A stretch of 64,000 bases of DNA from an uncultured Gammaproteobacteria bacterium. GTDB taxonomy: Bacteria; Patescibacteriota; Patescibacteriia; CAZSQN01. The notes beneath the pieces are model-generated. The model was not told the DNA's origin. It ran no database searches and saw nothing but the letters and a program-made list of their open reading frames with translations. Below, piece by piece: positions 27,918-36,815 of the stretch (position 1 is the first letter of the stretch; the number at the start of each line of letters is the position of its first letter). Made by a program: the position numbers and the translations under genes. The DNA is taken from contig CAZSQN010000001.1 of the NCBI GenBank assembly GCA_964609095.1, forward strand, positions 214,117 through 278,116, given 5' to 3'.

Positions 27918-28571
27918 TTATTTTAATGCTTCAGAGAGCGCGGCTTGGAGCGCCTCGCGATTGATAACTCCGGAGAAGCGCTGGCCGTTTAAGAAAAAAT
28001 ACGGCACCCCGTTAATTCGCAGGCGCAAGCCTTCTTCAAAAGTTCTGTCAATTAAAGGAGCGGTAAAATCGCCGCCAAGGCAGGCGAGAAAGTTTTGGCC
28101 GTTTAAGCCGAGGGCGTCGGCAATGCCGCTTAATTCCGCTTCGCGCGGGAGATTGGGCGCATTCATTAACGCGTCATGGTATTCCCAGAATTTTCCGGCG
28201 CGTCCGGCGCAGCGGGCAGCTTCGGATGCTTCGCGGCTTCCGGGATTCATCTGCTCAATGGGAAAATCTTTCCAGACGATTCTTACCTCTCCGGGGTGGG
28301 CAAGGAGAAATTCTTTAAGAACATTTTCCGCTTCTTTGCAATGCGAGCAGCCAAAGTCGCCGAATTCAACAATTAAAAGTTTTGCCGTGGCGGCTCCGCG
28401 CGCCGGATCCGCTATGGTAACTTGCGGCGCGGAAAGAGGAGGCAGGTCCTCGGCTTTTTTAGCCGTTTTATCAACCGGCTTGGGAGGCAGGGCATTGGCG
28501 GCAAGGAGAGTGATGGAAAAGACGCCAATCAAACCAAGCGGAAGAAGAATCCAGAGATGGTTTTTGTTCAT
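27918..28571 (-). CDS. DsbA-like thiol:disulfide oxidoreductase (thioredoxin fold)
   Basis: Signal peptide plus CSHC (CxxC) active-site motif within FGDFGCSHCKEA. Confidence 0.7.
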   Translation of the reverse strand: MNKNHLWILLPLGLIGVFSITLLAANALPPKPVDKTAKKAEDLPPLSAPQVTIADPARGAATAKLLIVEFGDFGCSHCKEAENVLKEFLLAHPGEVRIVWKDFPIEQMNPGSREASEAARCAGRAGKFWEYHDALMNAPNLPREAELSGIADALGLNGQNFLACLGGDFTAPLIDRTFEEGLRLRINGVPYFFLNGQRFSGVINREALQAALSEALK

Positions 28572-28624
28572 AGGGTTTAAGGTTTAGGGTTTAGGGTCTT
28601 TTATACCCTGTACCCTGACCCATC
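28572..28624 (-). repeat. Heptamer-repeat leader element, CCCTAAA class (copy D, minus orientation), between the TolB-like stop and the dsbA-like start
   Basis: Minus strand reads GGGTCAGGGTACAGGGTATAAAAGACCCTAAACCCTAAACCTTAAACCCT-ATG. Confidence 0.75.
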
Positions 28625-28630
28625 TATCCT

Positions 28631-29839
28631 TTATTGCAATTTTATTCTATGCACGGCCTGCGTGCCGGTGTCGGTGAAATACAGCAGACGCTCGTTTTTG
28701 GAAACAATCAATTTATTGATGGAATAAGCGCCTTCCGGTTCGGCAATAAGCTGGTTCGCGCCCGTCTCTAAGTCAAGCCGGTAGATTAAATCCGCCGTAT
28801 CTGCCGAAAGCGAGGGTTGGAAGCCGATTCCTTCCGGCATTGTTTTAGGCACGGCGCAATAAATAATATTTTCATCGGCAAAAGCGCATTTATCGGCCCA
28901 AGTTGAAAGATTAAAACTGCGGCGTCCGGCGCCGATTTCGTCGCCCGAGGCAAGAGCCGTCCAAAGCTGCGGCCTGTAGCCGGTTGCTCCCGAATGGGTG
29001 CTCCAAAGCAGGCGTCTTCCGGAAGGCGACCAGAGCGGACGGAAATCCAGCCCGGCCGTCTCCAATCCCTTAAAATTTTCTCCATTCAAGCCGATAAGCA
29101 AAATTTCATTTCGGCTTAATCCAAGTTCGCGTCCGGTATCTGAAAAGGCAACAACTTGGTTGTTCGGCGACCAGCTGATTTTTACTTTATTGGCATTGTC
29201 GCCCAGCGGCTCTAAGACCCTGGCGTTTGAACCGTCGGCATCCACCGTCACCAGCCAGCGGTTTTCCGCGTCAATTCCCAAACTTTTTCCCACGATTTTT
29301 CCCCCGTCGGGAGAAAAATCAAAGTCCTCCCAGTGCTTGGGAAGCGTGACTGATTTTTCTGCTTCAAAATCGTAGACGATGTTGGAGCCGTCGGGAAATT
29401 CAATAACCGCGCGTTTGCCGTCTTTTGCCCATAGAACATTTTGGACGTTAAGAAAAGTTTTGCCGGAGAGTTCCACGGCCGTGCCGTCTTCGCGCAAACG
29501 GATGAATTTGCCGGACGAGCGGTCATAGGAAAGGAGCGTGGAACCGTCAGAAGAAATCGTCGTCCCGATTGTCGGCGCGGAAACAACGACAGAGGCGGCG
29601 GTAAGCCCCCCCCGCGCCACTGCGGACGGAGCGCCGCTTGGCGCGCCCAATCTTTCGGGCGGCCTTGGCGCTCCGGGCGCGGCCGGCGCTAATCCAGGTC
29701 TCGCGACGGGCCTTGCTCCGGGCGCAACTTCTTCAGGCGCCCGCCCTAAAGGCCTAAAAAATAAATAATAAATTCCAAAACCAAAACCAAAAGTTATAAA
29801 GGCAAAAAGCGCGATAATCAAAATTTTTCTTAGGTTCAT
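28631..29839 (-). CDS. Periplasmic beta-propeller protein (TolB-like, WD40/PD40-type repeats)
   Basis: Repeated WSP(N/S)G... blades and an N-terminal TM/signal; start at ATG 29839 (MNLRK) or GTG 29848. Confidence 0.55.
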   Translation of the reverse strand: MNLRKILIIALFAFITFGFGFGIYYLFFRPLGRAPEEVAPGARPVARPGLAPAAPGAPRPPERLGAPSGAPSAVARGGLTAASVVVSAPTIGTTISSDGSTLLSYDRSSGKFIRLREDGTAVELSGKTFLNVQNVLWAKDGKRAVIEFPDGSNIVYDFEAEKSVTLPKHWEDFDFSPDGGKIVGKSLGIDAENRWLVTVDADGSNARVLEPLGDNANKVKISWSPNNQVVAFSDTGRELGLSRNEILLIGLNGENFKGLETAGLDFRPLWSPSGRRLLWSTHSGATGYRPQLWTALASGDEIGAGRRSFNLSTWADKCAFADENIIYCAVPKTMPEGIGFQPSLSADTADLIYRLDLETGANQLIAEPEGAYSINKLIVSKNERLLYFTDTGTQAVHRIKLQ

Positions 29840-29841
29840 AT

Positions 29842-29957
29842 CCCGCACATAATTTGCTTAATACAACACATAATTTATGTTATGCGCTGTGATGGATAAA
29901 CAAATTATATTTTTTTTTAATCAGATAAACGTAAAACATAAGCAAATTATGTGCGGG
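29842..29957. repeat. Perfect 19-bp inverted repeat (cccgcacataatttgctta ... taagcaaattatgtgcggg) separated by 78 nt, immediately upstream of the TolB-like start
   Basis: Seen directly; the arms are exact reverse complements. Confidence 0.8.
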
Positions 29958-29958
29958 A

Positions 29959-30606
29959 TTATCTGCCAAACAAACTTTCAAGTATCTCGCCGAGCGGGCC
30001 TAAGACGGTTGAACCGAATTGGTAGGCAAAGATGAGCGGCGCAAAGGGCGCGATAAAGAGGATAAGAAGAATAGGGGTTAATATCATAAAAAGCACGCCC
30101 ATAGCCAGTTTGTTCACTAATCCGTAAAAAGGAGTGACGAATTTGGCAACATTCGGCGGAGGCGGCGGCACAATCCCAAGCAGGCCGTCTTCGCCCGGTT
30201 CGGGAAGTTTGCCGGCTATCGCCTCCGGAAAAAATTTCTTCCCCAGCCATGAAAAAATGAGCACATAGATAAGAAGCAGTGAAAGGCCGAAGGTGGGAGC
30301 AAAGGCGTCCCAGATTATCTGCCAAACGGCATATTGGCCTGTTGCCACGGCTTTGGCCGCGGCATCCAATGTCTTTCCTGTTTTTTGAGTTTTTTTGCCC
30401 AATCTTTCCAAAATGCCGCCCGCGCTTTCTTTTTCTTGCGCGGCTTCCCCTGAATCTTCCTGGTCGGGCGGGTCGGCTAAACTTTCTTCAAGGCGGGATT
30501 GTTCAAGCCGCGCCGCATAATCATTTTCAATTGTAGCACGGAGCATATTCTTTATTATAACAAAAATTCCGCACTTTGGTGAGGCGGGATTGGCAATTTT
30601 TGTCAA
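29959..30606 (-). CDS. Hypothetical membrane protein
   Basis: 215 aa, acidic N-terminal region and 3 C-terminal TM helices. Confidence 0.45.
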   Translation of the reverse strand: MTKIANPASPKCGIFVIIKNMLRATIENDYAARLEQSRLEESLADPPDQEDSGEAAQEKESAGGILERLGKKTQKTGKTLDAAAKAVATGQYAVWQIIWDAFAPTFGLSLLLIYVLIFSWLGKKFFPEAIAGKLPEPGEDGLLGIVPPPPPNVAKFVTPFYGLVNKLAMGVLFMILTPILLILFIAPFAPLIFAYQFGSTVLGPLGEILESLFGR

Positions 30607-30622
30607 CTTGTCCGCTTTAAGT

Positions 30623-33100
30623 TTATCTTTTTTGTTCTATGCCCACATTGCCTTTGGCGCATTTGACGGTAAAAACAGAGCCGGGAGCGATTTTTTGGGT
30701 TAAAAGCGTATTGGCCAGCGCTGATTCCACGCGGGTTTCAATAACGCGCCTTACGGCCCGCGCTCCTTCTTTTTTGGCCATTGCTTCTTCTGCCAGCATG
30801 GCGGCAGCCGTTGGGGAGAGCGTCAGACGGATGCCCTTTTCTCTGATGCGCCAGTTAAGCTCTTCCAAACGAAGTTCAACTATCTCCTCCATGGCGCTGA
30901 CGGTAAGTTCGCGAAAAATGTGTATCTGGTCAAGGCGGTTTATAAATTCCGGCCGCAAAATATTTTTAACTTCATCCAAAACACATTTTTTTACTTCCTC
31001 GTTTTCACCTCCGCCTGCGGCTGGTCCGCCTTGGGCGGAAAAACCCAAAGCTGATTTTTTGAAAAGGTTGCCGCCGAGATTTGAGGTAAGGATAATAATG
31101 GTGTTGCGGAAATTTATTTTTCTGCCAACGGAGTCGGTAAGCTCTCCCTCTTCCAGGATTTGCAGAAGGAGGTTCAAAACGTCACTGTGAGCTTTTTCTA
31201 TTTCGTCAAAGAGGACAAGAGAATACGGCCGGGCTTTAACAAGGTCGGTGAGCTTGGTTGCTTCGCGATAACCGACATAGCCGGCCGGAGCGCCTATTAG
31301 CTTGCTCATCTGAAACGGCTCGCGGAACTCTGACATATCAATCCTGATAAACGCGTCTTTGCGCCCAAAGTATTCGGCCGCGAGGCATTTGGCTAATTCT
31401 GTTTTGCCCACTCCGGTCGGGCCGAGAAACAGGAACGAGGCCAAGGGCCGTTCCGCGGCGCGCAAATCCGCTCTGGCTCTCCCTAGCGTCTCCGCCACAA
31501 GTTTTATTATTTCATCCTGGCCGCGTATTTTTGCGCGAAGCCGCGTTTCAATTTCGGCCATGGGAGCGCCGTTGCCCAAAAGATCCGCCTCCGGTATGCG
31601 GGTGATGCGGGATACTGTTTTGGCAATGTCATAACCGTTTACTTCCGGCCAGTCCTTTTCTTTGTTTTGGGATTTTTGCGCTTCGGAGATATTCATGTTC
31701 AAGTCCGATTCCCGCGCTTTAAGCTCCAGCGCCAGTTTAAAGTTTTCATCAAGCACGGCTTTTTGTTTTTCTTCCGCCAGTTTTTCGCGCTCTTGGAGGA
31801 GCGAACGGACTTGATTCGCGCCCGAATTTTGCCGCGAGATTTTTTTCGCGGCCGCGGCCTCATCAATTAAATCAATGGCCTTATCGGGAAAATATTTTTC
31901 TTGAATATAGCGGCCGGCTAGCTCCACGGCTTTATTTATGGCCTCCTCGCTGATGCGGACGCGATGATATGATTCATATTTTTCTTTAAGGGCGCGGAGG
32001 ATGTTTGAGGTTTCATCATTTGTCGGTTCGGCGATAATCACGCTTTGAAAGCGGCGTTCCAGGGCCGCGTCCGTTTCTATGTGTTTTTTGTATTCGGCAA
32101 AAGTGGTGGCGCCGATGCAGCGGATTTCGCCCCGCGCCAGAGCCGGTTTTAATATATTGGCGGCGTCTAACGAGCCGGAAGCCGCGCCAGCGCCGACAAT
32201 CATATGGACTTCATCAATAAAAAGAATGATGTCGGGATCGTTTTTGGCCTCGTCTAAAATTTGTTTCAAGCGCGATTCAAATTCGCCCCGATAAACGGCG
32301 CCGGAAATTAAAAGCGCCAAATCAACCGTTAATATCCGCTTGCCCAAAAGCGTGTCGGGCACGTTGCTTTGGGCAATCCGCTGGGCAAGCCCTTCCACGA
32401 TGGCTGTTTTGCCGACTCCTGGGTCGCCCAAAAGAATAGGATTATTTTTTGTTCTCCGCGAAAGAATCTGGATAACCCGTTCCAGCTCCGCTTCGCGGCC
32501 GAAGATGGGGTCAAGGCGCGAAAGCGTCTCGCTTTTGCTCAAATCAACGGCAAAAAAGTCCAAAGCCGGAGTTTTGCTGCGGCGCTGTTTATGTTCTTTA
32601 ATGCCGACGGCTTTTGCTCCTTTGGTTTCGCGAAAATTCGAAGCAATATCCGGAAATTTAGAAGTTGTTTTTAAGACCGTCTGAAGTTCGTGTTTGATTA
32701 TTTTTATATCGCTTTCGGCAACGCCCAGCGATGAAGGCAAATCTTTTTCCGCCGCCGCCACGGCCGCCAGCAAGTGCTCCGTGCCCACATAAGAATGGTC
32801 GTAAAGCGAAGCGGTCAGCACCGCTTTTTGCAGTATTTTTTTTGCCGCGGCGGAAAATTCCGGCATGTTGTTTGTTTCGCCGCCGATCCTCTTTTCATCG
32901 TTGATTTTTTTAAATATGTCTTCCGGTTTAAATTTTGTTTTTTGCAAAATTTCCGCTCCCAAAGAACCGCGCTCGGAACTAAGCGCGTAAAGAAGATGGT
33001 TTAATTCCACGGTTTTGGCAAATCCTTCTTCGGCAAATGTAACCGAGCGGACAAGGACGCTTCGCAAGTGGGTGGTAAATTTTTCTACGATGTCATTCAT
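30623..33100 (-). CDS. clpC: Clp/Hsp100 AAA+ chaperone (ClpC-type: two AAA modules, Clp_N repeats, short middle domain)
   Basis: Walker A1 GDPGVGKTAIVEGLA, Walker A2 GPTGVGKTELAKCLA, sensor/arginine-finger motifs, N-terminal Clp_N repeats, ~60-aa coiled-coil linker. Confidence 0.8.
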   Translation of the reverse strand: MNDIVEKFTTHLRSVLVRSVTFAEEGFAKTVELNHLLYALSSERGSLGAEILQKTKFKPEDIFKKINDEKRIGGETNNMPEFSAAAKKILQKAVLTASLYDHSYVGTEHLLAAVAAAEKDLPSSLGVAESDIKIIKHELQTVLKTTSKFPDIASNFRETKGAKAVGIKEHKQRRSKTPALDFFAVDLSKSETLSRLDPIFGREAELERVIQILSRRTKNNPILLGDPGVGKTAIVEGLAQRIAQSNVPDTLLGKRILTVDLALLISGAVYRGEFESRLKQILDEAKNDPDIILFIDEVHMIVGAGAASGSLDAANILKPALARGEIRCIGATTFAEYKKHIETDAALERRFQSVIIAEPTNDETSNILRALKEKYESYHRVRISEEAINKAVELAGRYIQEKYFPDKAIDLIDEAAAAKKISRQNSGANQVRSLLQEREKLAEEKQKAVLDENFKLALELKARESDLNMNISEAQKSQNKEKDWPEVNGYDIAKTVSRITRIPEADLLGNGAPMAEIETRLRAKIRGQDEIIKLVAETLGRARADLRAAERPLASFLFLGPTGVGKTELAKCLAAEYFGRKDAFIRIDMSEFREPFQMSKLIGAPAGYVGYREATKLTDLVKARPYSLVLFDEIEKAHSDVLNLLLQILEEGELTDSVGRKINFRNTIIILTSNLGGNLFKKSALGFSAQGGPAAGGGENEEVKKCVLDEVKNILRPEFINRLDQIHIFRELTVSAMEEIVELRLEELNWRIREKGIRLTLSPTAAAMLAEEAMAKKEGARAVRRVIETRVESALANTLLTQKIAPGSVFTVKCAKGNVGIEQKR

Positions 33101-33181
33101 TGTTTTGAGGGTATAGGGTTTAGCGTTTAGGGTTTAGGGAAATTCACTAAACGCTATACGCTAACCGCTAAACGCTTTGGT
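33101..33181 (-). repeat. Heptamer-repeat leader element (copy E; GCGTTTA-type arm + CCCTAAA-type arm), filling the entire htpX-stop to clpC-start spacer
   Basis: Minus strand: TAA-ACCAAAGCGTTTAGCGGTTAGCGTATAGCGTTTAGTGAATTTCCCTAAACCCTAAACGCTAAACCCTATACCCTCAAAACA-ATG. Confidence 0.75.
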
Positions 33182-34057
33182 TTAAGCCATTTGGCGCAAA
33201 GTTTTTATTCTCTCCTCAATCGGCGGATGGGTGGAGAAGAGTGTGCGCAATCGCGAAGCGCCGAAAGGGTTGGAGATAAAGAGATGGGCGGTGGCCGTGT
33301 TGGCGCGCGTCAAGGGTTTTTTTTCCAGATTTATTTTTTCCAGCGCGCGAGCCAGTCCTTCCGGAAATCTGGTTAAAAGCGCGCCGGAAGCGTCAGCCAG
33401 GTATTCGCGGCGGCGCGACACGGCCAGTTGGATAAGCTGGGCGATTAAAGGAGTTAAAATCGCCAAGAGGAGTCCGATTAACAAAAAGATGGGATGCGCG
33501 CCGCGGTCTCGGTCGCGGCGTCCCATAAGAAAATGCGCGCGGAACATCCAGTCAGAGAGAAGGGCGATGGTGCCCACCAGCACGATTACGATGGTCATCA
33601 CGCGGATATCATAATTTTTAACGTGTGAAAGTTCGTGGGCTAGAACGCCTTCCAACTCTTCATTTTCCAATTTTTCAATCGCGCCGGTGGTGACGGCGAC
33701 CGAAGCGTGAGACGGATCGCGGCCGGTGGCAAAAGCATTGATGGCGCCGTCGTTTATAATATGGAGTTTGGGCATTGGCAAGCCGGCGGCGATAGAGAGA
33801 TTTTCCACAATTCTCCAAAGATAAGGATTATCCGTCTTTTCTATTTTTTTGGCGCCGGAAGTCGCCAAGGCCAATTTGTCTCCGCCGTAATAAGAAATCA
33901 GCGTCATTAAAAATGAAATGCCTACGGCAATCAAAATTCCCTCGTTGCCATAGCCGGAAGTTTGTCCCAAAACATAGCCAAGGCCTAAAATTATTCCGAC
34001 GAAAATCGAAATTAAAAGAAAAGTTTTCCGCTTGTTAGAAGAGATTTGAGAATACAT
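33182..34057 (-). CDS. htpX: Zinc metalloprotease HtpX (M48 family)
   Basis: HELSHVKNYD (HExxH) motif, 4 TM helices, ~291 aa. Confidence 0.8.
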   Translation of the reverse strand: MYSQISSNKRKTFLLISIFVGIILGLGYVLGQTSGYGNEGILIAVGISFLMTLISYYGGDKLALATSGAKKIEKTDNPYLWRIVENLSIAAGLPMPKLHIINDGAINAFATGRDPSHASVAVTTGAIEKLENEELEGVLAHELSHVKNYDIRVMTIVIVLVGTIALLSDWMFRAHFLMGRRDRDRGAHPIFLLIGLLLAILTPLIAQLIQLAVSRRREYLADASGALLTRFPEGLARALEKINLEKKPLTRANTATAHLFISNPFGASRLRTLFSTHPPIEERIKTLRQMA

Positions 34058-34109
34058 AGTTATAAAATCCTCAATTCCGAAGTCCGAATACCGAAAAAAT
34101 AACTAATAC

Positions 34110-34300
34110 CCAATAAATGTCTAATGTCTAATTGCTCTAATTTCTAATCAATGACTAAATCCTAATTTGCAATTCTCAATTTAACAATTTTCATTGAATT
34201 TACAATTTTCCAATTGACATTTATGATTGAATCATTGAGAATTTATTGAAAATTAGAAATTAGAAATTGATAATTGGAGTTTGTTTAGAAATTAGGAATT
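34110..34300. repeat. ~190-bp imperfect palindrome built from AATTAGA/TCTAATT and CAATT heptamer/pentamer units between htpX and lemA
   Basis: Left arm ctaatgtctaattgctctaatttctaat...; right arm ...aattagaaattagaaattgataatt; symmetric about ~34200. Confidence 0.65.
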
Positions 34301-34337
34301 AGAAATTTCTTCGTGATTCTGGTTTCGGGATTGGTTA

Positions 34338-34907
34338 TTAGAATTGCACTTTAGGCGCAATTCTCGCCGCTTCTTCCTGCAGTTCAAAAAAGTCGCGGGC
34401 GGCAAAACCAAAGATGGAAGCCACTAAATTTCTGGGAAATGTCTGAATGGCGGTATTAAAATCGCGCACATTGCCGTTATAGAAGCGGCGGGCGGCTTGG
34501 ATTTTGTCTTCGGCGTCTTTGAGCTCGTCTTGGAGCTGGAGAAAGTTTTGCGAGGCCTTAAGGTCTGGATAATTTTCCGCCACGGCAAAAAGCGATTTTA
34601 GCGCGCCGGTAAGCATATTTTCCGCGGCCCCGTGTTCATCCAAGGTTTTGGCGCCCATGGCGGCGGCGCGCGCCGCCGTTACTTTTTCAAACACGCTTGT
34701 CTCGTGTTTCATATATCCTTTGACCGCTTCCACTAAATTGGGAATAAGGTCATAGCGGCGTTTAAGCTGCACGTCAATATCCGACCATGATTCGTCAACG
34801 CGGTTTCTGCGGGTAATAAGCGAGTTATAGGTGGCCACAAGCCATGTGGCGAGGAGAACGGCGACAATAATCGCCGCCCAGGCGGTGGCAGATAGGCCTA
34901 AAGGCAT
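34338..34907 (-). CDS. lemA: LemA-family membrane protein
   Basis: N-terminal TM plus the conserved LemA core (RRYDLIPNLVE...FYNGNVRDFN). Confidence 0.7.
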   Translation of the reverse strand: MPLGLSATAWAAIIVAVLLATWLVATYNSLITRRNRVDESWSDIDVQLKRRYDLIPNLVEAVKGYMKHETSVFEKVTAARAAAMGAKTLDEHGAAENMLTGALKSLFAVAENYPDLKASQNFLQLQDELKDAEDKIQAARRFYNGNVRDFNTAIQTFPRNLVASIFGFAARDFFELQEEAARIAPKVQF

Positions 34908-35045
34908 AATGTTGGTTTGAGGGTTGAGTATTGAGGTTTGAGGGCTTTATATAGTCCTAAAATCTCATACCTCATTTCTCAAATCTTTTAGAGAATAATC
35001 TTAAACTTATTATATTCCTGTGTCAAGAGATTGTAAATTAAAAAA

Positions 35046-35068
35046 AGACGGCTTTTAGCCGTCTCGGA
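35046..35068 (-). terminator. Rho-independent terminator for the 35069..35497 gene (gagacggc-taaaa-gccgtctc + T7)
   Basis: Seen directly on the minus strand. Confidence 0.6.
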
Positions 35069-35497
35069 TTACCAGTACATTGTGATTTGCATACTAGTAA
35101 AATAACGCTGACCCCAAAATGTAACTTCTGTTTGCAACCCAGGGTTTTGGCTTTTTAGAAGTTTTACAACTTCATCCGCCACTATTCTATTTGTATTTTT
35201 ATCAGCAGTACAAAGGCCGCGTTCACCTCCCTCGGTATAGTCATTTTCTCCGGGGCCGCACCATTCAGGAGACCAGCTGGTCCAGATATCAAGACCAGCG
35301 ATGTTATGGCCAGTCTCGGCGTACGCTCGCGCTATCTCAATACACTTTGAATAAATTGTTGGAACGAATTGTTTTGCCTCTTCTATTTGTTGTAATCTCT
35401 TTTGTTCCTCTTGTTCTCCATGTTCTCTTTTAGCGGCGTTTTCCTTCTCTCTGTGTTTACGCGTAAGCATTTGTAATTCGTCTTTTAAAGGACACAT
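35069..35497 (-). CDS. Hypothetical protein
   Basis: 142 aa; charged N-terminus; C-terminal Trp/Cys-containing domain. Confidence 0.4.
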   Translation of the reverse strand: MCPLKDELQMLTRKHREKENAAKREHGEQEEQKRLQQIEEAKQFVPTIYSKCIEIARAYAETGHNIAGLDIWTSWSPEWCGPGENDYTEGGERGLCTADKNTNRIVADEVVKLLKSQNPGLQTEVTFWGQRYFTSMQITMYW

Positions 35498-35782
35498 TTG
35501 GCCCTCCTTGGTCGGGTTTTGTTGGCGGAAAATTAAGATAAGAAAGAACGCGGGTTAAGCTTACTTATATGACCCAAAATTGTCAACATAATATATCGCC
35601 ACGAAAGAATCAAAGTGTCTTCTTTTGAAGAGTATTTGCGCGAGTGCCACGGAGACGCAGGAACTCCGAAAGGAAGATAAAAAACAACCCCGATTTAGGT
35701 CGGGGTTTTGTAATCTTACAATGATAAAATAGCTAATTTCAGCCATTTTCCGTTTATTTTAGTCTAAAACTGTCATACAACT

Positions 35783-35811
35783 CTTGACAACTTATCAACA
35801 ATCTGCTATTG
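35783..35811 (+). promoter_or_regulatory. Sigma70-like promoter (TTGACA-17-TATTGT) for the DGR target gene
   Basis: cTTGACAacttatcaacaatctgcTATTGTatg; RBS agaaagg 8 nt before the ATG at 35891. Confidence 0.5.
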
Positions 35812-35890
35812 TATGCTTACGATCAAGCTCTTTTGGGCGACCGAAATAGGTTCGGTTACCCTCAAAAACCAACAAAAGAAAGGCAGAACA

Positions 35891-36301
35891 ATGGACAAGA
35901 TAGTTCTTTCTCTCCCGACCGATCTCATCTACGACAAGCGCAAGGACGGCTGGACGCTTCTGGAAGATGCACCTTTGGTCGGCACGCCCATCCTGGAGCT
36001 CGCCGAGTTCCTCCGTGACAGCGAATCGTACGTGAACGGCGAGGTCATGCTTTCCCGAGCCAAGGAGCTCGGCAACCTGGCTGGTCAGCGCCACGCCGAG
36101 CGGATGCTCGCTTGTGCCAGTCAGATTCCCGAGAGTTGGCGAAGCTTCTACCTCGTCTTCCCCGGAACGGTCTGGCGGGGTGGGAGCGGCGGCCGCGGCG
36201 TTCCGTACCTCGACTGGGGCGGCGACGGGTGGAGCCTGTACTGGGATTGGCTTGGCCGCGACTGGTACGGGGACGGTCGCGTCGTCCGTCTCAGCAAGTA
36301 G
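35891..36301 (+). CDS. DGR target (variable) protein; the C-terminal ~43 aa are encoded by the variable repeat
   Basis: 137 aa from MDKIVLS. The C-terminus ...TVWRGGSGGRGVPYLDWGGDGWSLYWDWLGRDWYGDGRVVRLSK aligns with the TR-encoded ...LVWRDGSGNRNVPYLNWNGDKWNLNWNWLDNDWNRNNRVVRLGN. The GC-rich, A-depleted 3' end is expected after adenine mutagenesis. Confidence 0.7.
   Translation: MDKIVLSLPTDLIYDKRKDGWTLLEDAPLVGTPILELAEFLRDSESYVNGEVMLSRAKELGNLAGQRHAERMLACASQIPESWRSFYLVFPGTVWRGGSGGRGVPYLDWGGDGWSLYWDWLGRDWYGDGRVVRLSK
36169..36297 (+). repeat. DGR variable repeat (VR)
   Basis: Pairs with 36650-36778; differs only at positions where the TR has A. Confidence 0.8.
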
Positions 36302-36363
36302 CTGAACCTTGGGATCTTGAATCCTTGCCACGCTTGGATCCTTGATCCCTTGAAACCTTGGTC

Positions 36364-36397
36364 CTCGCACCTGCGTTATCGGTGCGAGGGCTTTTTC
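36364..36397 (+). terminator. Hairpin (ctcgcacc-tgcgttatc-ggtgcgag) + T5 downstream of the VR: terminator and/or DGR target-recognition stem-loop
   Basis: Seen directly, 60 nt after the target stop. Confidence 0.55.
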
Positions 36398-36649
36398 TAA
36401 ATTAGAAATTTCTGATATTCTATTCTTTGGATAGTAGGCTCTTAAGTTCACGGCTACGGCTTTGAACGGCCGAATTTCGAAATTAATAAACGCGGAGCGA
36501 AAGCGGGCAAGCCTTCTTTCGGAGTCGGTTATTAGTTTCTTTAAAATGAAGCTACTTGGTGCGAAATATTAGAGGGCTTTTAGGCCCCGAATTAGATTCA
36601 GCTCCGAGAGCAATCAAAGAGCGGTGATTTTGGCGATATTTCGTACATT

Positions 36650-36778
36650 GGTCTGGCGGGATGGGAGCGGCAACCGCAACGTTCCGTACCTCAACTGGAA
36701 CGGCGACAAGTGGAACCTGAACTGGAATTGGCTTGACAACGACTGGAACAGGAACAATCGCGTCGTCCGTCTCGGCAA
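36650..36778 (+). repeat. DGR template repeat (TR), AAC-codon rich
   Basis: Invariant template; TR adenines correspond to the variable VR positions. The spurious ORFs 36624..36929 (+) and 36552..36920 (-) are its translations. Confidence 0.8.
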
Positions 36779-36789
36779 CTCGCTTCGTT

Positions 36790-36815
36790 CTCCTCCGACA
36801 ACCGTCGGAGGAGTT
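36790..36815. terminator. 10-bp hairpin ctcctccgac-aacc-gtcggaggag + T-run directly after the TR and abutting the avd stop; bidirectional terminator or DGR RNA 3' structure
   Basis: Seen directly. Confidence 0.5.

Noticed and set aside
35795-36451. 218-aa minus-strand ORF, plus 36112..36345 and 36114..36305 (+) ORFs overlapping the DGR target gene
   Set aside because: These are antisense or alternate-frame artefacts of the GC-rich, A-depleted VR region. The plus-strand target gene has a promoter, RBS and terminator.
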